This document shows positions 34,310-48,233 of a stretch of DNA of 64,000 nucleotides, one piece after another. The position numbers were made by a program, and so were the translations under genes. Under the pieces are notes generated by a model. That model ran no database searches. It saw nothing but the letters and a program-made list of their open reading frames with translations, and had not been told where the DNA came from. Each line of letters begins with the position of its first letter. Positions within the stretch are counted from its first letter, which is position 1. The DNA lies in the IMG/VR virus record IMGVR_UViG_3300034062_002027; one strand, written 5' to 3'. Source of the DNA: a virus.

Positions 34310-36031
34310 TTACCCTTTGATTCGCGTTGTCCCGTCCGGTGCTATGTAGCTTGCGCCTTTTGGCAGAGCATCATACTGTGCCTTCGTGGTTGGCGTCCCA
34401 CCACCGCCGCTGCCTCGCAGTATTTCTCGCTCCATGCGATCAAGCTCTGCAAGTCTCTTTGCTCCAATTTCTCCCGGCATGCCTGCGGCTTCAACTCTGG
34501 CTTTATAGATTGGCTCGAGCTTCATCTTTAGGATTTGATCCGTCTGGTTCTTGCCAGCACCCTTAAACTCATCAAGGCTGTCCAAAAGCATCTGCGCTTG
34601 TTGTGTTTTACCCTCAGACTTGAGCTTTAGGAATTGAGCAAACAACTGTTGGTCTGGAGTGCCCCGAGCAGACTCTGCCATACGCAGCTTTTGAATTTCC
34701 ATTTGGCTCAAGCGATCAAGAGCAGAATCAATGGCTCGTTGATCCACGCCAGCCATCTGAGCCAGCACTTCAGAGCGCGACTTCAGTCGGTCTTGGAATG
34801 ACTTGTTGGCTTCTTTCATTGCGCCTGTACGAGCACCAAACAGCTCCTTACCGCCTTCGTACTCACGCTTGTCAACGTTTGTCAGGAGTTCGTTCTGGCG
34901 CTGCTCCATTGCCAACTCTTCAGCACGTCTTTGTTGTTGGTTTGCGGTGTAAGCCGGGGCCAAGCCAGACAGGCCTTTGTACTGACCCGACTGACCAAAC
35001 ACACGAATCAGGTCATCCAAGCCAGAAGGACGAGTTTTCTCAAACGCAGCACGCTCACCAGCAGCACGTTGACGCTGCTCTTCCGAGCGCCTCTTCATGA
35101 AATCTTCTTGCATGGTCTCTGGAGACAGGGCCCTCTGCTCAGCAATGATGCCCTCTGGTGTTGGCGCGGCAATTGGTTTTGCCAAGTCTGCATTGACTTG
35201 AGTAAAGTAAGGAGAGCGTGCGGGAAGGGCTGTGGGCAAACCGCCTTGAGGAGCGGCAGGAGCAGCAGCCATTGGTGGGCGGGGAGGGCGTGGGGGAGCC
35301 TTGACCTCTGCTGCAGCCTTAACGCCACTTACAGGAACTGCGGCTTGAGGGCCAGCCATCATTGTGGCCTGAGCTTCAGACACCGGGCGGACTGGTGGCC
35401 TTGTTTCTCTTGTCCTTCCGGTGGCTTTAAACTCTTCAAGTTCTGCACGAGCTGCGGCTTCTTGCGGTGCTCCAGCTTGGGCCAAAAAAGCCACTTTTTG
35501 TTCAAGTTCCGCCCGTTTTCTTGATAGCCGCTCTTCTCTCGCCTTTAGCTCCCTTGCACTCTCCGCAAGTTCTGACTCCATTATGTTTGATGTGCCCATG
35601 GTGTCGCCGCCCGATTGAAACGCAACAATGCCGCCACCTGCATACTCAAACATATCGCTGCGCACAGGAATCCTTGCCAGACCACCACGAGCAGCCATCA
35701 TGGGTGCTTCTGGCTGTGGCTCTGGCTGTGGGACGTTTTCAGGCGCAGGCATAGGGCCACGAGGCTGAGATATTTGCTGGGCCATTTTTTGCTGCTGCAT
35801 TTGCTGCAAAGCCATTAAGCCAGCCCTCTGCTCAATCTGTTCTTTGACGCTTGGCTGTGGGCCTTGCATTCCGCCCTGAGCGGTAGCCATTTGCTTGTTT
35901 GACAACTCGCGGCGCTGCAACTCTCCTAGCGCCAAGTAAGGAGGAACCTCTGGGTTCATGCCGTTGGCGTACTGCTTGATGACTGACTCAGGCAAGTCTT
36001 TTAGGCGTTCGTTAATTTGTACGAGGTTCAT
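34310..36031 (-). CDS. internal virion protein
   Basis: 573 aa with an AAGGAAAAAAC SD. It is Q/A/P/E-rich with coiled coils, and contains MMAARGGLARIP and EYAGGGIVAFQSGGD motifs. Confidence 0.6.
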   Translation of the reverse strand: MNLVQINERLKDLPESVIKQYANGMNPEVPPYLALGELQRRELSNKQMATAQGGMQGPQPSVKEQIEQRAGLMALQQMQQQKMAQQISQPRGPMPAPENVPQPEPQPEAPMMAARGGLARIPVRSDMFEYAGGGIVAFQSGGDTMGTSNIMESELAESARELKAREERLSRKRAELEQKVAFLAQAGAPQEAAARAELEEFKATGRTRETRPPVRPVSEAQATMMAGPQAAVPVSGVKAAAEVKAPPRPPRPPMAAAPAAPQGGLPTALPARSPYFTQVNADLAKPIAAPTPEGIIAEQRALSPETMQEDFMKRRSEEQRQRAAGERAAFEKTRPSGLDDLIRVFGQSGQYKGLSGLAPAYTANQQQRRAEELAMEQRQNELLTNVDKREYEGGKELFGARTGAMKEANKSFQDRLKSRSEVLAQMAGVDQRAIDSALDRLSQMEIQKLRMAESARGTPDQQLFAQFLKLKSEGKTQQAQMLLDSLDEFKGAGKNQTDQILKMKLEPIYKARVEAAGMPGEIGAKRLAELDRMEREILRGSGGGGTPTTKAQYDALPKGASYIAPDGTTRIKG

Positions 36032-36040
36032 GTTTTTTCC

Positions 36041-38020
36041 TTACTTAACGCCAAGGCCAGCCAGTGTTTTATAAAGTGATGCCAGACCGCCGACATCGCT
36101 TTGAATTTTTGCAAGCGCGTCAGGGTTCACCGAGGCCGTGCTTGCTCCAATCGGAAGCCCGGACAATAGGCCCAACTGATACTGCGGCATCTTGTAGGCA
36201 AAGTCACGCTCTTCTTGGAACTGCGCTTTATCAGCAGCCAATCCTTCGGAGGTAATGCCTCGCTGCACTGCGCCAAGATCAGCCAACTGACCAACGGACT
36301 TGAGGCCAAAGTCGGCACTGTATTGACGGGACTTTTCTTGTGCAGCTTGATCTGCGGCAAAGCGAGAAGCTCCAGTGTCAAACGCACTCCTGTAGCCCTG
36401 ACCAATCACGTCCTGCTGCTTGTCCAATAGGTTGCGGCGGCCTTCCGATTCCATGATGGCCTGACGGCTACCGCCATAAGCGCCAGCCTTGGTCAAACGT
36501 GAAGCATCATCCAAACGGGCAATGTCGGATTGGCGCTTGAGTTCCTTTAACTGCGGGTCAAGCGAGGCCTGAATGTACGGGTTCATGTACTGGTTGGCTT
36601 GTGTTGCATCAAAGCTACCCATGAACGAACCGGGCGTGTAACCACCCATAGCAATTTCACTGCCCCCGGTAAACGCTTGTTGTTGAAGGTTGGATGCGCC
36701 AGCGGTCAATGGGCCTTGATAGGCTTGATAAGGGGCATTTGCCAGTGCAGCACCCTGACCAAGCGCGTTGGTCACATAGTCGCCAACCCAAGGAGATAGG
36801 GTAGATGTGCGTGACGTGTCCTGCGCAATACCACCGCCTGCGGCTGGAGGTGTTGGCGTAGGGGCAACCACTGAACTGCCGCCCGTTTGAAACCTCTGCA
36901 CTTCACCGCCGCCAGCATAAGCAGCCATCAAGCCACCTGAGGCTGCCGCAAGAAACTTGTCGGCATTGATCTCTTTGCCTTGTTCTTTGGTTCCGGTACG
37001 TGCCTCGCGGATTCGGTCCATCATGCTGTACAGCTTCTCGGCTCCGGCTTCGGAGTTTCCGTTACCCAAATGGGATACCACATCCGCAGGAATCACGAAC
37101 TCTCCGTGACTGAGAAGGGCAGGCTGTTCGCCGTCAATGCTGGTCTCGATCTCGTCAGCCATACCGTCCGTCTTGCCTTGCAGGTAACGCCCTGCATCAG
37201 CAATACCACCTCGGGCCATCTTGATCCCGCCTTCTGCGGTAAGTTGCTCCGCGTTTGGTACAGCAAGCAAGCCAGCGCCTTCTTTTGGAGCTGCAGCCAC
37301 CGGAGTAGGGTTGTATGCCATCGGTATCTTCCCTGCGTATGGATTGGGAGCGGGAGCTGCGTATCTGGGGGCGGCAGCGGCCAACCCGGCAGCTTGAGCC
37401 TGCGAGGCGGTGGTGGCAGCGGTCATGTTTGCCGTGTCGCCCTGAGCAACAAACAATGGGTTGGTCATGTAACGACGACCAGCCTCGCCCGGGCGACGGT
37501 TGGCGTCGTTATAGTCCACTTGTTGCTGGACCACATCTACCTTTGGGACTGGTTTGTTGTAGCCGCCAGACTCATCTCCGCCTTTAAATGCCTTAGCTGC
37601 TGCCAGTGCGGTCAACAAACTAGCGCCCGGATTTTTCATTACATTTTGAAGAACCTTTGCAGCCGTCGGGCCAAGGTTAGACGCAGTCCAAGAAAGAGCC
37701 CTATTAAATGCGGCAGAATTTCCCGTGGCGGTAGGGCTATCAGTGCTTCCAACGGGCGCACCATCTGGACCAACCGTCATCGTAGAGCCGTCATCGTACT
37801 TGTACGTTATGTTTCCACTTGAAGCGTCAACCGTTGTTTCTGAACCAGCATCTCCGGGGGCATCTCCCCAGCCAGTAAACCCGGAATCATCAAATCCAAG
37901 GTATTCATTGGCTCTGTCGTTTGGGTTGACATAAAAATCTGAAGAATCAAAGTCGCCAACGTAAGTGCTTCCAGCGCCGTCGTCAATATCAAAGCCCAAT
38001 TCGCCTGCATAGTTGTCCAT
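36041..38020 (-). CDS. internal virion protein
   Basis: 659 aa. It contains IKMARGGIAD...LSHGEFVIPADVVSHLGNGNSEAG...AASGGLMAAYAGGGEVQRFQTGG. Confidence 0.6.
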   Translation of the reverse strand: MDNYAGELGFDIDDGAGSTYVGDFDSSDFYVNPNDRANEYLGFDDSGFTGWGDAPGDAGSETTVDASSGNITYKYDDGSTMTVGPDGAPVGSTDSPTATGNSAAFNRALSWTASNLGPTAAKVLQNVMKNPGASLLTALAAAKAFKGGDESGGYNKPVPKVDVVQQQVDYNDANRRPGEAGRRYMTNPLFVAQGDTANMTAATTASQAQAAGLAAAAPRYAAPAPNPYAGKIPMAYNPTPVAAAPKEGAGLLAVPNAEQLTAEGGIKMARGGIADAGRYLQGKTDGMADEIETSIDGEQPALLSHGEFVIPADVVSHLGNGNSEAGAEKLYSMMDRIREARTGTKEQGKEINADKFLAAASGGLMAAYAGGGEVQRFQTGGSSVVAPTPTPPAAGGGIAQDTSRTSTLSPWVGDYVTNALGQGAALANAPYQAYQGPLTAGASNLQQQAFTGGSEIAMGGYTPGSFMGSFDATQANQYMNPYIQASLDPQLKELKRQSDIARLDDASRLTKAGAYGGSRQAIMESEGRRNLLDKQQDVIGQGYRSAFDTGASRFAADQAAQEKSRQYSADFGLKSVGQLADLGAVQRGITSEGLAADKAQFQEERDFAYKMPQYQLGLLSGLPIGASTASVNPDALAKIQSDVGGLASLYKTLAGLGVK

Positions 38021-38030
38021 TTTGATTCCT

Positions 38031-42704
<4,674 letters not shown>

Positions 42705-42724
42705 GTCTATTCCTTATTGCGTTG

Positions 42725-43033
42725 TCATCCGACACGCCAATTTGTACCGTCTGAGTACACGGGGGTCTTCACTGCTCCGCCACCAACGACTACGCTGCCA
42801 AATGTTGGGCCTGTCGCATTGGACACAAACGCCCTTGCACCTGAGCCAGCATCCGCCGCGCTTGGTAGCTCGGCTACAAGAAAGTTTGTGTTTGAAGCAA
42901 GCTGACCCAGCGTGGCCTGTATCTGGTTGAAGTACAGACGCAAGATGTTGTTCAGTTGGTCCTGATACTGCTGCTCAAACTGTTTGGGCGACAGAGGCAG
43001 CGAAGGCGAGGCAAAGATTTGTACGATAGCCAT
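42725..43033 (-). CDS. small tail-module protein
   Basis: I chose the ATG at 43033, which overlaps the HNH stop by 1 nt (TAATG). 102 aa. The C-terminus is GARAFVSNATGPTFGSVVVGGGAVKTPVYSDGTNWRVG. Confidence 0.55.
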   Translation of the reverse strand: MAIVQIFASPSLPLSPKQFEQQYQDQLNNILRLYFNQIQATLGQLASNTNFLVAELPSAADAGSGARAFVSNATGPTFGSVVVGGGAVKTPVYSDGTNWRVG

Positions 43034-43653
43034 TAAGCAACCCCCCAATGCAGACGCTCAAGTTCCTTACGTGCGGCAGCGGCTTCTTCCAAGTTTGTAA
43101 AACACTTGGAGTAAAACTTTTTTGTTTTAACGGTGATGGCGGCGTAATACCGATTGTTGTGAAACAACACGCCAGTAACTCCGGTTTTGCTGGTTTTTGG
43201 CACTCTAATATTCCTTGCTTGAATTGCCGGAGAGGCCCATCTTACATTTCCCGGCTCGTAGCTACCGTTGGGGTCAATTCGATCAAGCGTTTCTTTACCT
43301 GCTGGCTCCCCAACCGCGAGCGCAAAAGACACGTAATCATGCCACGCTGCATGCACCAAAATTCCACGCCCTCCCCATTTTGGGTAGTCTTTGTCGGCAG
43401 AGTTGTAACACCTGCGCATCATGGCTCGCCATGTGTTGTACGAGCCTTTACCCGTGCCACCATGCTTAAAGTTTTTACCAATACAACCGCACGACGTTGT
43501 GTTGCCTGTTACCAAGCTGCCAGAAACAACCACAACTTCTTTGCCGCATTCACACTGGCAGCGCCACAAAACCTTTTTTAAATTGTTGCGCCCAGCCTGC
43601 TCTAAGACGGTTAAGTTTCCAAAAACCTGTTTAGTTCGATCAACAAATTTCAT
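43033..43653 (-). CDS. HNH(HNH_3-like)/AP2-domain homing endonuclease
   Basis: I chose the ATG at 43653 (AAGGAG SD). It contains FGNLTVLEQ...WRCQCECG...CGC, LDRIDPNGSYEPGNVRWASPAIQARN and an AP2-like GVTGV...RYYAAITVKTKKFYSKCFTNLEEAAAARKELE. It is visibly AT-richer than its flanks. Confidence 0.75.
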   Translation of the reverse strand: MKFVDRTKQVFGNLTVLEQAGRNNLKKVLWRCQCECGKEVVVVSGSLVTGNTTSCGCIGKNFKHGGTGKGSYNTWRAMMRRCYNSADKDYPKWGGRGILVHAAWHDYVSFALAVGEPAGKETLDRIDPNGSYEPGNVRWASPAIQARNIRVPKTSKTGVTGVLFHNNRYYAAITVKTKKFYSKCFTNLEEAAAARKELERLHWGVA

Positions 43654-43714
43654 ACCAAGACTCCTTAATTTAAGAGTCTTCAGTATACACATATTTTTTA
43701 GATCAGTATACATG

Positions 43715-45622
43715 TCACCTGTGTCCATCTTTCTTGATGTCAATGCGGGGCACACCAAGCTGCCACGTTGTACCCAGTCGGTCGGAGTCCACCTTGAAGA
43801 TGAGCTGCCTGCCGCGCACACGGATGTACACCTGCCCCGTGAACTCCTCAATCGGAGCTGTGGCGATGCGTTGAATCTGAGCCGAGCTTGTGCCGTTTGT
43901 AGACGCAGGCGTTGTAAACCCAGAGCCAGAGTTGCGCATTGGGATCAGCGTCATGTTGCACTGAGGCGTCAAAGCGCCCGTGGAGTTCCGGAAGGTTATG
44001 TCCGGAAGTACACGCCAAATAAAGCCAAAGTTGTGCCCGTCGTCAATATCAAACTCAGACGAACTAATAAGCGCTGCAATAGCAGTAGGAGTGCCTGTTT
44101 GATTGTCATCTACACCTTGCTCATGGTTCACCAAGTTATAGGTATACGTAGCAGCCAATGGGTAGTCGCGCAGACCCGAGTCCAGCCATGCCGTGCGGCC
44201 TAGAGTGCCGTAGTACCAAATGTCTTCTGCGTAGTTGTACACCACATACTTGTCCACCACGTTGCTGCCAGCAGAGCAGTAGTACCACCAGACCTCATTG
44301 AAGCCTTCGTTCGTCCCAGCAAACACTTGCTGGTTCTGGAGCTGGTTGATGTCGCTGAAGATGTACTGGCGCAGGTCGCAGCGTAGGGTCTGGGTACGAC
44401 CGTCGTACTTATAGAATTTGTCTACGCCCATCCAGTAGATCACACCAGAAGCTACGGCCTTTGCGTTTGGCCCATAGATGGAGATGTTGCTTGCTAGAAG
44501 CTGGGTACTCCACACCGCAGGGACGCCCACATACTGCAACGAGTACAGGGCCGAATCGGTCCACGTCACAATTTCTTGCCGGGTTTGCAAGCAGGTGATC
44601 AATTCGGAACCATCAGACAACTGGATGCTTCCAGCTTGACCTGTGGGCGCAGGAGTCCAGTCCACCGCCGACTCTTGGTCCGACCAGCGAATCAGCATGG
44701 GGTTTTGGGTGGCCGAGCCGTAGTCGTTGCAGCCAAACGCAAAAACAAACCGACTGATATCCGACACAAAGATGAACTTCTGCACCGTCGGCACATCTGA
44801 TGCGCCGCCCAAAGACGACAACAAAACCCCGCGAGTGCTAACTCCCGAGGTGGCATCCCAGTAATAAATTTGCCCGTCACGCGGTGCAAAGATCAAGTCC
44901 TCGCCAAAATTGATCTGACTCCACAACCGCAGGGAGGCTTGGGAAGTTCCGCCAAAGCCCCAAACTCCAGCGCCCCAAGTGCCCGAGCCCCAGCCAGTGG
45001 TTGGAATTTGATATTCAGGACCGACATTGATCTGGTACGCGGTTGTCACCGTACCGCCGCCGGGAGAGCCCGACACGTCCGTAGCGTTGGCATTGACGCC
45101 AACATTGATTGTGTAGGAGTTTGCGCCGACTATGGTGACTTGATACTCCTTGTTGAGCACCGTTGCAGTAATGTTACCTCCCAGACCTGTAGCCCCGCTG
45201 TAAGTCACAAAGTCCCCTGTAACGCAGCCGTGCGCCGTATCTGCGACAGTGATGATTGCCGAGCCGTTGGTAGCGGTAAAAGGGTTGGTTAGAGTAACCG
45301 TATCCCGAATGGGCGTGATGTCGTAATAGGCTGCGCCGCGTTCAATGTAAAACTTGAGGTTTGTGCCAACGCCGACAAGGTTAAGAGAACCAAGCGTCAC
45401 CCAGTTCCACAGGGAGCGACAAACCCCAAGGAACGTGCTGGCAGAAATACGCTGCCAGCCGCCAATCTTCTCTGGCATGCCGGAGCGAAAGCGCACCTTC
45501 TCGGATTCATACCAACCACCAACAACTTGAGTTGCAGGTGCGGAAGCGCCGATCACCTCAGCGGCGTAGCGGGTTTGCTCCCGGTTTACGCCCGGGCGAA
45601 AGATTATGGACTTCAGTGGCAT
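43715..45622 (-). CDS. tail tubular/nozzle-like protein
   Basis: 635 aa. The N-terminus MPLKSIIFRPGVNREQTRYA...GGWYESEKVRFRSGMPEKIGGW and the GWGSGTWGAGVWGFGG motif are typical of podovirus tail proteins, from memory. Confidence 0.55.
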   Translation of the reverse strand: MPLKSIIFRPGVNREQTRYAAEVIGASAPATQVVGGWYESEKVRFRSGMPEKIGGWQRISASTFLGVCRSLWNWVTLGSLNLVGVGTNLKFYIERGAAYYDITPIRDTVTLTNPFTATNGSAIITVADTAHGCVTGDFVTYSGATGLGGNITATVLNKEYQVTIVGANSYTINVGVNANATDVSGSPGGGTVTTAYQINVGPEYQIPTTGWGSGTWGAGVWGFGGTSQASLRLWSQINFGEDLIFAPRDGQIYYWDATSGVSTRGVLLSSLGGASDVPTVQKFIFVSDISRFVFAFGCNDYGSATQNPMLIRWSDQESAVDWTPAPTGQAGSIQLSDGSELITCLQTRQEIVTWTDSALYSLQYVGVPAVWSTQLLASNISIYGPNAKAVASGVIYWMGVDKFYKYDGRTQTLRCDLRQYIFSDINQLQNQQVFAGTNEGFNEVWWYYCSAGSNVVDKYVVYNYAEDIWYYGTLGRTAWLDSGLRDYPLAATYTYNLVNHEQGVDDNQTGTPTAIAALISSSEFDIDDGHNFGFIWRVLPDITFRNSTGALTPQCNMTLIPMRNSGSGFTTPASTNGTSSAQIQRIATAPIEEFTGQVYIRVRGRQLIFKVDSDRLGTTWQLGVPRIDIKKDGHR

Positions 45623-45631
45623 GGGTCACCT

Positions 45632-46069
45632 TTATTTGCTGGCAACGCCTTTAGTCTTCTCAAAAGACCTCATGCCAGCGATGCCCAAGATGCCCGATAA
45701 TATCACCCAGAGCTGGTCTGCGTCCAGTACAGGAGGGGGCTCCAAGCCCGCAGGAATCCACCCGGTAGCCTGCGCCCACTTCCAACCCCACTGAAACAGC
45801 GGGTAGGCTAGAAACTGATAGCCCATAGCTGCAACGCCAATCCAGCCGATAGCAGGTCGCCAGCCAGAAACAAAGACGCTGGAGCTTGCGGCCTCGATCT
45901 TGTTGACCTCAATCTGGGCAAGGTCGGTGGCTTGGTCGATGCGCTTTTCTTCAAGGTCGAGCTTGCGCTGTTCAACCTCCATCTCCATCCGCTCTTTGTC
46001 GGTGGTGATAAGGTCTCCCGCAACCTTTCCGACCGCTTCAATGATTGATCCAACGCCAAGTAAGCTCAT
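45632..46069 (-). CDS. holin, GTA-type 3-TM family
   Basis: I chose the ATG at 46069 (ATGA overlap with the HNH stop). IEVNKIEAASSSVFVSGWRPAIGWIGV...ILGIAGMRSFEKTKGV matches the '3-TM holin for gene-transfer release' pattern. Confidence 0.7.
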   Translation of the reverse strand: MSLLGVGSIIEAVGKVAGDLITTDKERMEMEVEQRKLDLEEKRIDQATDLAQIEVNKIEAASSSVFVSGWRPAIGWIGVAAMGYQFLAYPLFQWGWKWAQATGWIPAGLEPPPVLDADQLWVILSGILGIAGMRSFEKTKGVASK

Positions 46070-46563
46070 GCGGCACTCCTGTGATGGCTGCAATAAATCT
46101 CTTCCGCCTTACGCCGAGCCGCCACGGCATCCTCAATTGAGGCAAACAACCCAAGGTAAACGTGCCGCCCAAGATGAGTAATTTGCGCAACGTACTTTTT
46201 AGCCCTTTTGTGCCAGCTAACCCCGAGAACTCCGGTGGCGCTATTTGATTTGGCCTTTGCGTGCTGGTTGTTTTCCGCATTGGTTGCGGGTCTTAGGTTG
46301 GAAATTCTGTTGTCCGCCCTGTCAAAATTGATGTGGTCAATCTGATTTTCAGGCCATGAGCCATTTATGTAAAGCCAAGCCAGTCTGTGGGCGTAATACT
46401 GCTTGCCCTTTATGCACAACTTCCTGTACCCGGTGGATTTATCAAGGGAACCCTGCGTAACAGCGCCAACAGACGCGCCTTTACCCGTGCCAAGCAAACG
46501 AACAAAGTCTCCCGTATCAGGGTTGTAGGTCACAAATGTTTTTAAAGTTTCTTGCGTAATCAC
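46066..46563 (-). CDS. HNH_3/AP2-domain homing endonuclease
   Basis: GTG at 46563 overlaps the endolysin stop (GTGA), behind an AAGGGG SD. It contains YAHRLAWLYINGSWPENQIDHINFDRADNRISNLRPATNAENN plus an AP2-like GVSWHKRAKKYVAQITHLGRHVYLGLFASIEDAVAARRKAE. It is AT-richer than its flanks. Confidence 0.75.
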   Translation of the reverse strand: MITQETLKTFVTYNPDTGDFVRLLGTGKGASVGAVTQGSLDKSTGYRKLCIKGKQYYAHRLAWLYINGSWPENQIDHINFDRADNRISNLRPATNAENNQHAKAKSNSATGVLGVSWHKRAKKYVAQITHLGRHVYLGLFASIEDAVAARRKAEEIYCSHHRSAA

Positions 46564-47075
46564 TTGAGGCCCCTTAATGTTCTTGCGACCCAACCCTTCA
46601 GGAACTTGACCTGCACAGGGTTCTTGTTGCAAATCTCAACATAACGAGCAATTTTGGCCAAGGCGTACTGCTCCTTGAAGCGTTGGCCGTCAGGTATCTG
46701 GTTGAGCTTCTCTACCGTCTTTGCGCCTACGCCGCCGTCAGGGGTAGCCCCAACAACGAGCTGCGCCAGCTTCACGGCCATGCCCATGCCAGCGTTTACG
46801 CCGAAGTTGAAGATGGTGTTGGCTACGTCTTGGTTGCTGATCTCGTTGCCGCGCATCTTGTCCCAAAACTCGGTACGGTAGAACTCACGCACCATGGGGG
46901 TGAGAGACCCGCCAAGCTCCTTCTTGTCTACCAGCGCCCAACCGGGCCACTGCGGGTTCTTGTTCCGGGCAATGCCTGCGTAGGTCATGCCCCCAGTGTC
47001 GCCGGGAACTTCGTGGAGGACGTAGCCGCCCTCGTCTTGCATCATCAGCTCAAAAGCTGGCTCAAACTGTGCCAT
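46560..47075 (-). CDS. endolysin, glycoside hydrolase family 108 with PG_binding_3-like C-terminus
   Basis: 171 aa. It contains MMQDEGGYVLHEVPGDTGGMTYAGI (the EGGY...D.GG.T..GI motif). Confidence 0.85.
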   Translation of the reverse strand: MAQFEPAFELMMQDEGGYVLHEVPGDTGGMTYAGIARNKNPQWPGWALVDKKELGGSLTPMVREFYRTEFWDKMRGNEISNQDVANTIFNFGVNAGMGMAVKLAQLVVGATPDGGVGAKTVEKLNQIPDGQRFKEQYALAKIARYVEICNKNPVQVKFLKGWVARTLRGLK

Positions 47076-47079
47076 TTCT

Positions 47080-47535
47080 TTACCCTTTCAATTCAAAGCT
47101 GAGATTGGGATGGCGGGGATACTGCACAACACGCTCCCCTTCAGGACATTTGTATTTGATGGTTGCCAGCAAAGTGGCTTTGCCGGGTGCAACTTTCTCT
47201 TTTCTCACCATCGTAAGTTGGTAGGTGAAAGTGTCAATTTCTGGCCCTGCTGGCCCACTGAACTTGCTTGCCGTAGTGGTGGCTTCATGCACCATACCTG
47301 CCGCATCGCGGATACTTGGCGTGAAGCTCTCAACCGAGCAGTCGTCCCGTTTTTTGATCCGTGCAACCGTCACGTTGATGGGCTTTCCGGCCTCGGCCAC
47401 AATTTTAAAATGCTCAGGCGTCCACTCAATGATGGCCCGATCAAGCAAGCCAAACTTGTCGGCAAGTGTGTAACTGCCACCCAGTGCGGCAACACTTGCA
47501 GCAACAGCCCCAATGGCTTTGGCAAGATCAACCAT
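47080..47535 (-). CDS. membrane-anchored lysis-cassette protein (function unknown)
   Basis: 151 aa with an N-terminal TM/signal-anchor AIGAVAASVAALGG. Confidence 0.5.
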   Translation of the reverse strand: MVDLAKAIGAVAASVAALGGSYTLADKFGLLDRAIIEWTPEHFKIVAEAGKPINVTVARIKKRDDCSVESFTPSIRDAAGMVHEATTTASKFSGPAGPEIDTFTYQLTMVRKEKVAPGKATLLATIKYKCPEGERVVQYPRHPNLSFELKG

Positions 47536-47623
47536 AAACCACTCCTATAAAAACGTATGCACACCAAACCACAAGGCCAACAAGAAGGGCCGCTGCAATA
47601 AATGCAACAGCCCAGTCTTTCAT
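47528..47623 (-). CDS. single-TM micro-protein (31 aa)
   Basis: My translation is MKDWAVAFIAAALLVGLVVWCAYVFIGVVYG. It overlaps the downstream start by 8 nt. Confidence 0.45.
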   Translation of the reverse strand: MKDWAVAFIAAALLVGLVVWCAYVFIGVVYG

Positions 47624-47625
47624 GA

Positions 47626-47826
47626 TCAGAGTCCCAGCAGCTTCTTCACCATCTCAGCCGCAACGCCGGGGCCAAGCAACACGGCAGCGATTACTGCGTA
47701 GAGCAGGTATTCAATCTTGGTCATGCGCTTCTCGCCAGCGTCAAGAGAGTCGTTGATCTTTTCGTAACGCTGGGCGCAAACGGCTTCATGGACTGACATA
47801 CGGGTCTCCATAGATTCCTCGGACAT
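47626..47826 (-). CDS. small membrane protein (holin/antiholin-like?)
   Basis: 66 aa with a C-terminal TM YLLYAVIAAVLLGPGVAA. Confidence 0.5.
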   Translation of the reverse strand: MSEESMETRMSVHEAVCAQRYEKINDSLDAGEKRMTKIEYLLYAVIAAVLLGPGVAAEMVKKLLGL

Positions 47827-47845
47827 GGACTACCTCATCAAAGAT

Positions 47846-47959
47846 TTAACCGCCAAATGGTGTTGACATGATTGGGCCTCCAGAGAAGGTTCCACTGACA
47901 ATCAAAACCCCAGCGCCCCCGTAGGAGCCACCGACAAAAGCCAAAACAATGCCACTCAT
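47846..47959 (-). CDS. Gly-rich TM micro-protein (37 aa)
   Basis: My translation is MSGIVLAFVGGSYGGAGVLIVSGTFSGGPIMSTPFGG, with a GGAG SD. Confidence 0.4.
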   Translation of the reverse strand: MSGIVLAFVGGSYGGAGVLIVSGTFSGGPIMSTPFGG

Positions 47960-47960
47960 G

Positions 47961-48233
47961 TCAGACTCCATACGTAAAGATTGCGATCTCGTCTGCCACA
48001 AAGACCACGTTGATCAAACACCTTGGCGGGAACTCCAAGTGGCTCTTCACCTTGGGCATCCCCGACCTGTAGGTCTGAGCCATCTTGGACTCAATAGTGG
48101 TGAACTTGTCCGTGTTGTTGAACATCACAAGAATGTCGCCCTGTTTAAAGACGCTCTCAGGCAGCGTCACCACCGTCAGCTCGTCAAACCGAACGATCTT
48201 GCCAAGATGCTCTCTGGACAGGACAAAGTTCAT
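47961..48233 (-). CDS. hypothetical protein
   Basis: I chose the ATG at 48233 (ATGA overlap). 90 aa. Confidence 0.55.
   Translation of the reverse strand: MNFVLSREHLGKIVRFDELTVVTLPESVFKQGDILVMFNNTDKFTTIESKMAQTYRSGMPKVKSHLEFPPRCLINVVFVADEIAIFTYGV

Noticed and set aside
43654-43851. N-terminal extensions offered by the ORF track (for example 43033..43851, 51430..52851, 52821..54263, 46066..46632, 18526..18903, 12340.., 10866..)
   Set aside because: The extensions overlap the upstream genes, lack SDs, and often start at TTG/GTG. Internal ATGs with SDs or 1-4-nt coupling overlaps give paralogue-consistent N-termini.
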